A DNA stretch of 64,000 nt from Candidatus Thorarchaeota archaeon (GCA_048884965.1 JBHLQH010000015.1:19337-83336); one strand, 5' to 3'; shown: positions 48,181 through 57,410, counted from the stretch's first letter. A program made the numbers and translations. Notes: generated from the letters alone by a model not told the origin.

Positions 48181-48504
48181 TTACCACAGTACTTCGTTTG
48201 GATCTAAGTCCCAAGTGAGCTCGCGAACACTCGGAGAACTTGGTGCCGTTTCTCGAATCTTTAGGGCCAAATAATGGATTCTCAGAGCTCTTCGCAATCT
48301 ATGTAGTTGAAAGGGTCTGTTCCACCCTTGAGGCGAGTTTCGATAGTCATACGAGTCCATCAAGTTTCTAATTGTGTCTATCTCACGTTGCACCTGTTTC
48401 TTTACATCATCAATCTCGCGGTCAATCGTGAGTCCTCGTTTCTGTTCCACAAATGTCGCCTCATCAATGATAGAAACAAGTTCCAACATAACGACGAGTA
48501 TCAC
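48181..48504 (-). CDS. Hypothetical protein
   Basis: 107-aa ORF co-oriented downstream of nob1. Confidence 0.5.
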   Translation of the reverse strand: MILVVMLELVSIIDEATFVEQKRGLTIDREIDDVKKQVQREIDTIRNLMDSYDYRNSPQGWNRPFQLHRLRRALRIHYLALKIRETAPSSPSVRELTWDLDPNEVLW

Positions 48505-48525
48505 AGAGGTATTACTAAGAGGGGA

Positions 48526-49035
48526 TTAGATTTGACGACGGGATTTCGTCTTTCTCTTCATTTTAGTACCGCATACTATGCATTCGATTTCAGACGAATC
48601 TGTGCTAATGCGTCCACATGCGGGACATTTCTGCATCCATTGGATTGCATGTTGCATTCGATTCTCAGGATCAAGAATCTCCAACCCAAGATGCTTGGAT
48701 GTATTCAAGAGAGCCAAATCAGTAGAAACAAGGACTACATCGAAACCAGCATCCATTCTCTGTAAAGCAAGCCCAATCAGCTCCAAATCATGCTTGGAAA
48801 GAACAGTTGAATCTCCAGTCTTCTCTGAAGCCTTCCTAGCTTGTTCGATCTTTGAGTCATCTACTGACTCTATGATTAGACGACCTACAGATATCAATGA
48901 TTCAGCTCTTTCTAGACTCGGTCTATTGTTCAGTTCTTCTAGAATACCAATGGTAGTAGCAAAAGTTGATTCAGGCTTCTTCTTGACCCAATCAGAGAAT
49001 AGGACTCCAGCATCAAGAACAAAAAACTTGGTCAC
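48526..49035 (-). CDS. nob1: Nob1-like PIN endonuclease with zinc ribbon
   Basis: VLDAG, TGD..LSKHDLELIGLAL, STD, CPAC..CIVCG. Confidence 0.9.
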   Translation of the reverse strand: MTKFFVLDAGVLFSDWVKKKPESTFATTIGILEELNNRPSLERAESLISVGRLIIESVDDSKIEQARKASEKTGDSTVLSKHDLELIGLALQRMDAGFDVVLVSTDLALLNTSKHLGLEILDPENRMQHAIQWMQKCPACGRISTDSSEIECIVCGTKMKRKTKSRRQI

Positions 49036-49923
49036 TTATGTCACCTGCTTGCGAGGTATCAAACGAGTGTTCAACCTGTGATAGTAATTATCTGTAAGAC
49101 GAATGAATCGACTCTGTCCTTCAGATTTCCTGATCCATACGGTATCCCCTGATTCTACATTGAAGTTCGTCTGTCCATCAATAACAGCAAGTCCCTGAGC
49201 TCCCTTCTTTACAAGTTCAAGCTCGATATGTCCATCATCAGGGAACACCATGGATTTCAACTCGAATCGGGGTGGGCAGACAGGGACGAATATCAGTCCG
49301 TGAACTCGAGGTGTTAGAATAGAACCACCTGCAGCGAGTGCGTATGCGGTGGACCCAGTGGGAGTCGAAACCATAGCTCCATCAGCGCGACCATAGTCTA
49401 CCTGGATACCATCAACACGTACATCGAAGGTTAGCAGTCGTCCCGGGATTCGAGAAACGATATAGACCTCATTTAGCGCATCCTCAAACCTCGTATCACC
49501 AACACCTGATGCCAAGTTGATGTTGTTCTCGATTATGCAGTTGTTTTGCAACACTTCCTTTAGAGCTGCTTGTGCTTGTTGTGTGTTGCTTTCTGTCATA
49601 AAACCAACTGTACCTTTATTGATACAGAACAGGGGAATGTTACGATCTGGTAGTCGGTATAATGTGTAGAGGATGGTTCCATCACCTCCAATGGTGATGA
49701 CGAAATCTACAAGCATGTCTTCTATGTCAACAACTTCAACTCGTTTGTGAGTTGATGGACAAGACCCTTTATCGACTAGGACTTTGATATTCCTACGGAT
49801 TAGCAAATCAACCAGAAGGCTCGCTGTCTTTTCAATGTCCCTCCTTCCGGGTTTGCAAACGAGACCGACAGTTCGCTGCTTGCTCAAAATCCTAGGGTTC
49901 GTCTCTATTGACACAGGTAACAC
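49036..49923 (-). CDS. nadK: NAD kinase
   Basis: GGDGT, ALNE, ADG..STPTGSTAYALAAGG. Confidence 0.95.
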   Translation of the reverse strand: MLPVSIETNPRILSKQRTVGLVCKPGRRDIEKTASLLVDLLIRRNIKVLVDKGSCPSTHKRVEVVDIEDMLVDFVITIGGDGTILYTLYRLPDRNIPLFCINKGTVGFMTESNTQQAQAALKEVLQNNCIIENNINLASGVGDTRFEDALNEVYIVSRIPGRLLTFDVRVDGIQVDYGRADGAMVSTPTGSTAYALAAGGSILTPRVHGLIFVPVCPPRFELKSMVFPDDGHIELELVKKGAQGLAVIDGQTNFNVESGDTVWIRKSEGQSRFIRLTDNYYHRLNTRLIPRKQVT

Positions 49924-50070
49924 CCTATTCCGACCAACCCAAGCTTCCCTTTTACTGTTGTTGTTGGGATATCCATTTATTAGACAGCAGCGAACAAAGA
50001 AAAAGTATAATTGGGTACCACTAGATGAGATAGTTGCATTGGTCTGCGAGACTAATATGAGCGTGATATT

Positions 50071-50466
50071 ATGAGTATCAAGAAAGTTGTTGTAAAGAGC
50101 CTCAAGCCAGGAAGTTACTTCATGATTGATGATGAACCTTGCAGAGTAGTTAGCCTTGAGAAGTCAAAACCTGGAAAACATGGGGCTGCAAAGGCAAACA
50201 TCATTGCTGTCGGTTTCTTTGATGGACGAAAACGTAATGTAATCCATCCTGCTGATCGCATGGTTGATGTGCCTGTCATCGATAAACGTAGTGCAACCAT
50301 TATCGCAGATCTAGGAGAAAATCTTTCTCTCATGGACACTGAAACCTATGAAACCTATGAGGTTGAAAAGCCCACAGATCAAGAACTAGCAGATAAAATT
50401 GAAAACAATGCAGAAGTCGAAATTTGGGACGTGATGGGGAAGAAAGTCATCACACGAGTCAAATAG
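50071..50466 (+). CDS. eif5a: Translation factor aIF-5A
   Basis: SKPGKHGAAK hypusine motif. Confidence 0.97.
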   Translation: MSIKKVVVKSLKPGSYFMIDDEPCRVVSLEKSKPGKHGAAKANIIAVGFFDGRKRNVIHPADRMVDVPVIDKRSATIIADLGENLSLMDTETYETYEVEKPTDQELADKIENNAEVEIWDVMGKKVITRVK

Positions 50467-50532
50467 GCGCGAATCATCTGTCACGAGGAAATATTCGACA
50501 TTATTTATCTCTAGGTTCGCTATAGAACCTTC

Positions 50533-50997
50533 TTGAAAGGGATGGTCTTAATGGGGTCAAATGAGAGAGTAGATGATAATGATAAAATTATCATCGATAT
50601 GCTTAGAGAGAACGCCCGAAGTTCATTACGGGATATTGCTAAGATCGTTGAAATGAGTCCATCCTCAGTAAGGAATCGTATCGAGAAGCTTATAGATCGA
50701 GGTCTTATCAAGCGCTTTACCATAGATGTGGACTATCGAAAGATGGGATATGATATTCAGGTGATCGTATTGATCACCTCGCGTCCGGGTTCATCTGAGA
50801 ATCTCTACAAATCACTTCAATCCTTTGAACAAATCTCTAGAGTCTACTGGACATCAGGACCTGCTAATTTCGTATGCTTAGTCCGAGTTCATGACATGCA
50901 TGAGTTGTCGCGGTTCCTAACTACGCATCTGGAAAAGCTTGAAGGAGTAGAGCGAGTCGAGAGCATGTTCCTAATGCCACAACTCGAAAATGTATAG
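50533..50997 (+). CDS. Lrp/AsnC family regulator
   Basis: D.KIIDMLRENARSSLRDIAK..SVRNRIEKL..GLIKRFT. Confidence 0.9.
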   Translation: MKGMVLMGSNERVDDNDKIIIDMLRENARSSLRDIAKIVEMSPSSVRNRIEKLIDRGLIKRFTIDVDYRKMGYDIQVIVLITSRPGSSENLYKSLQSFEQISRVYWTSGPANFVCLVRVHDMHELSRFLTTHLEKLEGVERVESMFLMPQLENV

Positions 50998-51073
50998 ATA
51001 GCAGTGTCTATCAACTCAATGTATACAAGAATGTTCTAAATGGATGTAGAGAGCATTTCAGAAACGTCGAGGC

Positions 51074-51757
51074 TTGCACATGGAATCAATTGAAGAGAGT
51101 GGGGTCCGCAACTATGTCCGTGAGAAACGGTTGCAAGCTCTCAAGACATTGATGACGATAAATGGCAGGTACAATGAGGTCATCAAGGAACTAAAGGATA
51201 GACGAGAGGTCATTGCCAAGCAGCGCTATGATGGTGAAATTACACTCCAACAATATTGGGATTCCAGAATGGAGCTGGAAGATAGGATACAAGCAATGAC
51301 AGAGAAAAGGGATGAGGTCGTAAAGAGAATCATCACACTTCTTCCGAAAACAAAGGCAGATACTAGATATATCAAGGATAAGGAAGAACCTCAGGTCAAG
51401 GAAACGATATCTGAAGAAGATGGTTTACACGAACCTAAAGCCAAGAAAACTACCTTGGAAAAAGAAATAGTCAAAGAGGAAGAACCTGAAGAGGAAGATG
51501 ATTCAGAAACTGAAGAAGCTAAAACCTTGGATACTATAGATGCGGAAATTGAATCTGAAAAAGCTCAAGAAATCGTTGTGGTAAAGGAGAAAAGTGATAC
51601 TCAATTGGATTCTGAAGAGTCTCGGGCTGAAGAAGCAAATTCAGGGGATGCTGAAAACAAAGGAGCAGCAACTGAGGAATCTGAAAATGGTGAATCGGAA
51701 GAAGGTGAAACTGAAACTCTGGAGATAAATGATGATGCCAAAGAAACTAGGATATAA
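51074..51757 (+). CDS. Coiled-coil protein with acidic low-complexity tail
   Basis: Helical N-terminal half, Glu-rich C-terminal half. Confidence 0.7.
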   Translation: MHMESIEESGVRNYVREKRLQALKTLMTINGRYNEVIKELKDRREVIAKQRYDGEITLQQYWDSRMELEDRIQAMTEKRDEVVKRIITLLPKTKADTRYIKDKEEPQVKETISEEDGLHEPKAKKTTLEKEIVKEEEPEEEDDSETEEAKTLDTIDAEIESEKAQEIVVVKEKSDTQLDSEESRAEEANSGDAENKGAATEESENGESEEGETETLEINDDAKETRI

Positions 51758-51900
51758 CAGTTCTTTTCGGGAAAGTGATATGCACCAATGCTTGTAATCA
51801 CTCGGTTAAGGAATTGCATCAAAACGGGGAGAGTCGAGGACCTGCTTGATGGATGATAGCCTCTATTGAAAATGAGATGTATTGGCAGTGATTTAGCATT

Positions 51901-52017
51901 TGGTGCGGAGGGCGAGATTCGAACTCGCGATTCGGCCAGAACTGGGAATCAGTCCATGTACACCTACGTGATAGGGATCTGAACCCTACGCCTTTGACCT
52001 GGCTTGGCAACCTCCGC
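51901..52017 (-). tRNA. trnL: tRNA-Leu(CAG) with 29-nt intron (51931-51959) and encoded CCA
   Basis: Acceptor GCGGAGG/CCTCCGC-A-CCA; anticodon arm TAGGG-TTCAGAT-CCCTA; variable arm CAC-GTAG-GTG; T arm GCGAG-TTCGAAT-CTCGC; TATA-like TTTAATATA upstream. Confidence 0.95.
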
Positions 52018-52222
52018 GTACAACTGGCTCACGCAGTATATTAAATGATAAGGATTTCTATGGACTCGATTTCGGGGGGGCATTCTATCTCAGAAGGATA
52101 TCCATTGACATCCTCGGAATAATCGAGGCCCTCCAACGAACTTTCAATCCATTCATTTAATGTATGCATAACCCGTTCTTACAAGTTATAGATAGCTGTC
52201 TTGAATGATGCGTGATGGGAAT

Positions 52223-53152
52223 CTAGAGATACTTCCGCCAAGCATGAACATCAATCCTTGAAAATCCTAATGAATCGTATAACCGAGTGGCACCTTCTGT
52301 GGCTGCAGCTCCAAGGATACAAATCATAGTAGGATTGTAATCTTTAACTCGTTTTAATCCCTCAAGTATAACAGATCTTGCTAAACCCATTTTCCGGTGG
52401 TTGGGATGGGTTCCAACTGGTTCAAATTCAGTTATCCCGCTTGCAGTGTCCAGTCTTACTGTGGTGAATGCTGCGAATTTTCCATCAGGTGCTACAGCAA
52501 CCAAATCCAAACCTTCATGCCAAAATGATGCTTGGGAGTACTTGATCGCCATCCTCTCGGTCATATACTTGCCACAATGACTAAAGACAGATCCGACCAC
52601 CTCATGATAGTTCTCATAATCCTCTGGAAGAGTAACATGTCTAATAGAATAACCATCAGGTAGCTCATAGTCAGGAATTGGTAAATCTAGAGGTCTAGTG
52701 CGATTGTGTTCACATACTCCAAGGTCGTTGTATCCCATCTCTTTATAGAGCTCGATTCGCTCTGTATCCGTCGCCTCAATGAAGAATGCGATTCTGGAAC
52801 CACGGTCATCGTTGAGAGGTTTGGCAGATCTCATTCTCTCCATATCCAGAACAATTTCGCGCTCCAAGTGTTTGTATTCAGGATGAAGATTCAGAAACGA
52901 ATCTGGAGAATCAGATAAAATGCCTACTGCCACAATCTTGGAGTCTCCTGTAGCATCGACATCCTCCCATATCTTCACAAACGAGTCATCTTCATCATTA
53001 TATTCGGGGCCGCATGGACCAAATCGTCTATTCTCAAAGCGTTGAGGAATCCAGTTTCTTAGTGATTGGGTCATCGTCCATACTTCTGTGAGAAAGTCCA
53101 TCACGGACCCAAGATCATCGTACCAATGAAAATCGCGGACTCGTATTGTCAT
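52223..53152 (-). CDS. GNAT acetyltransferase (tandem-domain type)
   Basis: FEPVGTHPNHRKMGLA, ATRLYDSLGF. Confidence 0.9.
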   Translation of the reverse strand: MTIRVRDFHWYDDLGSVMDFLTEVWTMTQSLRNWIPQRFENRRFGPCGPEYNDEDDSFVKIWEDVDATGDSKIVAVGILSDSPDSFLNLHPEYKHLEREIVLDMERMRSAKPLNDDRGSRIAFFIEATDTERIELYKEMGYNDLGVCEHNRTRPLDLPIPDYELPDGYSIRHVTLPEDYENYHEVVGSVFSHCGKYMTERMAIKYSQASFWHEGLDLVAVAPDGKFAAFTTVRLDTASGITEFEPVGTHPNHRKMGLARSVILEGLKRVKDYNPTMICILGAAATEGATRLYDSLGFSRIDVHAWRKYL

Positions 53153-53224
53153 TTAATCCACAATATCGCCGAGGAAATTCATCTTAAAATTGTACACACT
53201 AACGCCAGAATTTTCCCGAAGATT

Positions 53225-53986
53225 CTAGGATCGTTCGTCATAGATTCTGCTTCGGTTCATGTCTCTGCGAAGGGATTCCCAATCGCCAATCTGAGCAAGT
53301 ACGTCTTCATTCTTCAGAGCCTTATGCGTGGGACCATCAAAGATAACCTTCCCTTCCTTCAAGACGACTACTGAATCAGCCCAGTTCTCGATGAAGAAAC
53401 GATTATGTGTTGTGAATAGAACGCTAATACCATCGTCCCTCAATTTCTGGATGATATCAAAAATGCTTCTTACCATGGGAAAATCGAGACCTGAAAAAGG
53501 TTCATCGAGGAAAAGAATCTGTGGCTTCATTGCAAGAATACCAGCTAGCGCAACTCTCTTAGCTTGTCCATGAGACATCTGATTCACTGCCCTGTTGACG
53601 AAGTCAGACATCCGAACGAACTGCAGTGCATCTTTGACTCTCATTTCGACTTCGTTTTCTGGTAATCCAAGATTCCGAGGACCGAACGCGACATCCTCCC
53701 ATACAGTTGGAGCGAAAAGCTGGTCATCAGGATTCTGAAATAGAAATCCGATATCCTTCCTGATTTCCCATAGATTCTCATTGGTCATCTTTCGATCGAA
53801 GACATAGATATCCCCCGCATCAGGCTCTAGTAGTCCAAGCATTAGTTTGAACAATGTAGTCTTTCCAGAGCCATTAAGCCCGACAAGGGCCTTATGCTCG
53901 CATCTATGAAGCTGCATATTGATATCTTCCATTGTGAACTCTTCATATCTAAAATACACATGTTCTACATCGATCGCGCAAGTCAA
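53225..53986 (-). CDS. cbiO: ECF ATPase NikO/CbiO
   Basis: GLNGSGKTT, FQNPDDQLFAPTV.EDVAFGP, DEPFSGLD. Confidence 0.9.
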   Translation of the reverse strand: MTCAIDVEHVYFRYEEFTMEDINMQLHRCEHKALVGLNGSGKTTLFKLMLGLLEPDAGDIYVFDRKMTNENLWEIRKDIGFLFQNPDDQLFAPTVWEDVAFGPRNLGLPENEVEMRVKDALQFVRMSDFVNRAVNQMSHGQAKRVALAGILAMKPQILFLDEPFSGLDFPMVRSIFDIIQKLRDDGISVLFTTHNRFFIENWADSVVVLKEGKVIFDGPTHKALKNEDVLAQIGDWESLRRDMNRSRIYDERS

Positions 53987-54768
53987 CTTATAATCACCGC
54001 CAGAATATCTTGAATGAAGAAAGTAACAAAGATGACAAGAATTGTCAGGAACATGAAAAGAAGTGCATCTCCATGTTTGAAGCCAGTAGAACGAATGATC
54101 ATTCGTCCTCCAAATCCTCGGAGTGTCATTGCCTCGTAAACAGAAATACTTCTATCAAAGGCTCTGTCTATCGTTGAGCCCACCATATAGCCTAGTGATT
54201 TTATCTTATCGAATCTCTCACCTCGTTCATATCCCCTGAGGCATTGGGCTTCCTGCATTCTTTTTCTCTCACCGATAAAGAGAGGAATATATCTCAACAT
54301 GATAAGCAGTGAACCCAGAATCGCCATTGGGACCCTTAACGTTCGAAGAGCCCCGATGAACTCAGATATTGTCATGTGCGATAGAGCAGAGACGAATAGG
54401 ATGACCATGGTCATCATCCGAAATCCGATTAGAATCCCAAATTCTAATCCTTCTTGATAAGCATTCAAAACTCCCCAGGGTAGCTGAAAACTAAGGATCA
54501 CTGTTTCACCAAATACAAAGGGCATCAAGAACATCCAGAAGAGGATGAGAACCTCGAATTTTGCAACGAGCGATAGTACTACCCGCCACCTAGTACCCGC
54601 TATAGTAGCTCCTAGAAGGACGAGCAAAAGAATGGTCAGAACAACGAACAAATCGGTCTGAAGGGCAGTGGTCACTCCCACTCCTATAGCAGAGATAAAA
54701 ATCGCAGTGGAAGAGAACCGGTGCAATACTCCACGGCCTTCTCTGAAGGGTAATAGGAAAACTCCCAT
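53983..54768 (-). CDS. cbiQ: ECF T component NikQ/CbiQ
   Basis: LRYIP, AQCLRG, AMTLRGF. Confidence 0.9.
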   Translation of the reverse strand: MGVFLLPFREGRGVLHRFSSTAIFISAIGVGVTTALQTDLFVVLTILLLVLLGATIAGTRWRVVLSLVAKFEVLILFWMFLMPFVFGETVILSFQLPWGVLNAYQEGLEFGILIGFRMMTMVILFVSALSHMTISEFIGALRTLRVPMAILGSLLIMLRYIPLFIGERKRMQEAQCLRGYERGERFDKIKSLGYMVGSTIDRAFDRSISVYEAMTLRGFGGRMIIRSTGFKHGDALLFMFLTILVIFVTFFIQDILAVIIS

Positions 54769-54840
54769 ATTCTTTGCTCCAAATATTATCTTAGCTTAAT
54801 TCAATTCTACATTCATATGCATTAGAAGTTAAATCAGGAA

Positions 54841-55128
54841 TCATTCCTCTTTTCGAGAGGTATACCTGAAGAAGATGTACGCAATCACTAGTATCAGGAC
54901 GATACCAATCCCACCAGTTATTGCATCAACCAAGGGTCCTTCACCAAGGAATGCGAACAATCCTTCATAGCCGCTTTCTGGCTCAGAAATTCCAGCCCAT
55001 TCGAATAGAGCCCATTCAAATCCATCTGGATTCTCTGAAGCTAGACCAGAAAGAATCAGGACGGTTGTGATTGCAACTAGGATGATGATAGTTGGTAGAA
55101 CTACCTTGAATAGCGTGTCGCGGTTCAA
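54841..55128 (-). CDS. PDGLE-domain protein (NikN-like)
   Basis: ASENPDGFE between two TM helices. Confidence 0.85.
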   Translation of the reverse strand: MNRDTLFKVVLPTIIILVAITTVLILSGLASENPDGFEWALFEWAGISEPESGYEGLFAFLGEGPLVDAITGGIGIVLILVIAYIFFRYTSRKEE

Positions 55129-55826
55129 GTGGTCGCCTCCTCAACAAGGACTGTCTTGGTCTCTCGTTTCAGAGCTTTTCCAGTATCGCTATCCTTCAAG
55201 AATGAAACAAGACTCGGCTTTGCACGAACAAAGTATAGGAGGATGACAAAGGTTAGTATCGCCTCTCCAACAGCGATGATTCCATGAATTCCAGTGATGA
55301 TTATCACAAAGTCAAAGCTGAGACCGGGAATCGTGAGAAGTTCCATTCCTAGGACAAAAGCTGATGCAATAATAACTGCAAATGCTGCAATTGGTGTAGC
55401 AATCAGAACAGCAGTCTTTTCGTTTCGTATTCGCTTCAATCCCTTGAAAAGAAGAAGGGATATGCTCCAACCTAGGACAGCTCCAAGAATGCCCATATTG
55501 AAGAAGTTCAATCCAAAAGCCAAGAGACCTCCGTCTGCATATAGAGCTTGTACAAACAGGACTAGTGCCATAATGACCATTGCAGCCCATGGCCCTAGCA
55601 TGACTGCAAGCAAGGTCGTTCCAACGAGATGACCACTTGCAGGAGGAACTGGAAAGTTCACCAGCTGGGCTGCAAAGATCACAGCCGCGAGCACACCCAT
55701 GTATGGAGTGAGTCGTTCATTGAATCGCTTGTTCACTCTCTGAACTGCATACCCCAAGATGGGGATGCTAATTACAAGGAAGAGAACATACATCCAGAAT
55801 GGAAGAACACCATCGGGAACATGCAT
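55125..55826 (-). CDS. nikM: ECF S component NikM/CbiM
   Basis: N-terminal MHVPDG, SGHLVG, QAL..DGG..G.N. Confidence 0.9.
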   Translation of the reverse strand: MHVPDGVLPFWMYVLFLVISIPILGYAVQRVNKRFNERLTPYMGVLAAVIFAAQLVNFPVPPASGHLVGTTLLAVMLGPWAAMVIMALVLFVQALYADGGLLAFGLNFFNMGILGAVLGWSISLLLFKGLKRIRNEKTAVLIATPIAAFAVIIASAFVLGMELLTIPGLSFDFVIIITGIHGIIAVGEAILTFVILLYFVRAKPSLVSFLKDSDTGKALKRETKTVLVEEATT

Positions 55827-55873
55827 CGCTATTCACATCTCTCTGCCAATAACCCATCCAAATTTACTTAAGT

Positions 55874-55922
55874 GTGTTACTTCTTGTGAAATCGTGTTAC
55901 TATTCAAGGTAAGATGTGTTAC
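55874..55922. promoter_or_regulatory. Three GTGTTAC direct repeats in the nikM-nikR intergenic region
   Basis: GTGTTAC at 55874, 55894 and 55916. Confidence 0.55.
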
Positions 55923-56375
55923 CAACAATTGGTGAGATGCAAAATGAGTTTGAAACGATTTGGTGTTTCGATTCCAGAGGACCTCTTGGCTCAGTTCGAT
56001 GAGATTGTTGAGAAGAAAGGATACGTGGGAAGATCAGAAGCAATCAGAGATGCTATGCGTCTATTCATATCCAAATACCAGTGGCAAATGGATATCTCAA
56101 CAGGATTTGCTAGCTTGAATATCGTCTTTCAACACAAACCACGTCTTATGGCGGATCTCTTGAAGAGTCAACATGATGCAGAAGCGGAAGTCATTTCGAC
56201 TCTGCATACTCACATTACCAAGACACATTGTTTTGAGATATTGACAATGAAAGGTACAGCACAAGGTATCAAGAGACTAGCAGACAAGATTAGCGGCTTG
56301 TCAGGTATTGAGTTTGCTGAATTGTTCACATTTGCCCTTCCTGAACTAAGTGGTGGTCATCCGCACACGCACTAA
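55914..56375 (+). CDS. nikR: Nickel-responsive regulator NikR (likely ATG at 55943)
   Basis: RFGVSI..LL..FD..GY..RSEAIRDA RHH domain; QH..HTH...HC metal ligands. Confidence 0.93.
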   Translation: MCYQQLVRCKMSLKRFGVSIPEDLLAQFDEIVEKKGYVGRSEAIRDAMRLFISKYQWQMDISTGFASLNIVFQHKPRLMADLLKSQHDAEAEVISTLHTHITKTHCFEILTMKGTAQGIKRLADKISGLSGIEFAELFTFALPELSGGHPHTH

Positions 56376-57082
56376 GAGATTCGATTCTTCAGGAAGAACC
56401 CCACCAGTACAACTATGATGATAGATGATGAGAATGCAAGGATTACCAAGGGAGTGTAGTCAACGCATTCTTGACAGGGTACGTCTATGAATTGAAAGTC
56501 TTGTAGTACGCCATCCGTATCGATCATTAGAGTCCAACGTTCAGTTTCGCCTACAAGATAGAATTCAAAGAGCCAAATGGCATCAATATCAAGTCCAACA
56601 TGAGAACCTGGTACAAGCAGAATCTCTTCGCAGAGACCCCAGTAATGTCCATCGTCAGCAAAGAAGTCGGTTGCAGTCCTTACCGCCAGAGAATAGTTCG
56701 CAGAAATGGTCGAGGCAATAATATCAAGCCATTCCACTTCAAGTGTTTCAGAGTTCAAAGCAACGATGGTCTGATAGAATCCTGTACTGTTGAGCTGGAC
56801 AATAGCATAGCTTGCTAGAGAAACGTTGAACATCAGGGATGCATCATAAGAACCGATCTCTTCCCAAAAGAGCGTGTCATTTTCCTGTAGAAGTGAGATT
56901 AGCAGATCATCTGTTCGGAATGCCTCAACACTCTCACTAAGTATAGAGAAATCCTCAGGGACGAGTTGCAGCTCTCTATAGTCTACAGTCACCACGGGAT
57001 AGGGTTGAGCTTGGGTAGGAAGTATAGGAACCAATAGAAGTACAAGTAATAGTCCAAGTCCCATTGTTCTCATGTTCATCAA
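56372..57082 (-). CDS. Secreted membrane-anchored hypothetical protein
   Basis: Signal peptide, CxxC before the C-terminal TM. Confidence 0.75.
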   Translation of the reverse strand: MMNMRTMGLGLLLVLLLVPILPTQAQPYPVVTVDYRELQLVPEDFSILSESVEAFRTDDLLISLLQENDTLFWEEIGSYDASLMFNVSLASYAIVQLNSTGFYQTIVALNSETLEVEWLDIIASTISANYSLAVRTATDFFADDGHYWGLCEEILLVPGSHVGLDIDAIWLFEFYLVGETERWTLMIDTDGVLQDFQFIDVPCQECVDYTPLVILAFSSSIIIVVLVGFFLKNRIS

Positions 57083-57130
57083 TTGGAGAGAAGAAAATCA
57101 GAGATAAAACCGTGTTGTAATAGGCTATTA

Positions 57131-57410
57131 CCATGGGGGCAAGAGAATAAAGTGGCAGGTCCGGGCCAATAAAGGGGCAGATGCGTCAGATTATCCATCC
57201 CCAGATGGAGTTCCTGACACCGATATGCCGTGCGAGGCTAATGGAGGATTATGGAGTTGATTGAGTCATGAGGTTCTGAGAGTTTCTATCAACACCTTCC
57301 CCCTTGTGTGGAACCGAGATAGTAAGGAGGAACCGGGGAGTTAGTAACCTTAAGCACCCCAGCACCATCAGGGAATGATGCTCTGGCCCGTACCGCCTGA
57401 ACCACATGGC
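57131..57410 (-). ncRNA. Candidate multi-stem non-coding RNA of about 255 nt (unknown family)
   Basis: Closing stem GGCGGT-A-CGGGCC / GGCCCG-G-ACC-T-GCC plus GTGG/CCAC; six internal hairpins; three G-U pairs all favour the - strand; TATA-like TATAATAT near 57438-57445. Confidence 0.65.

Noticed and set aside
51819-52010. 63-aa ORF
   Set aside because: Shadow of the tRNA-Leu gene
57152-57405. SRP RNA, RNase P RNA or TPP riboswitch identity
   Set aside because: CCGATATGCCG and GGGGTGC resemble fragments of SRP and TPP RNAs, but the SRP helix-8 motif, RNase P GAGGAAAGUC/ACAGAA boxes and TPP CUGAGA core are not present in the right order or strand
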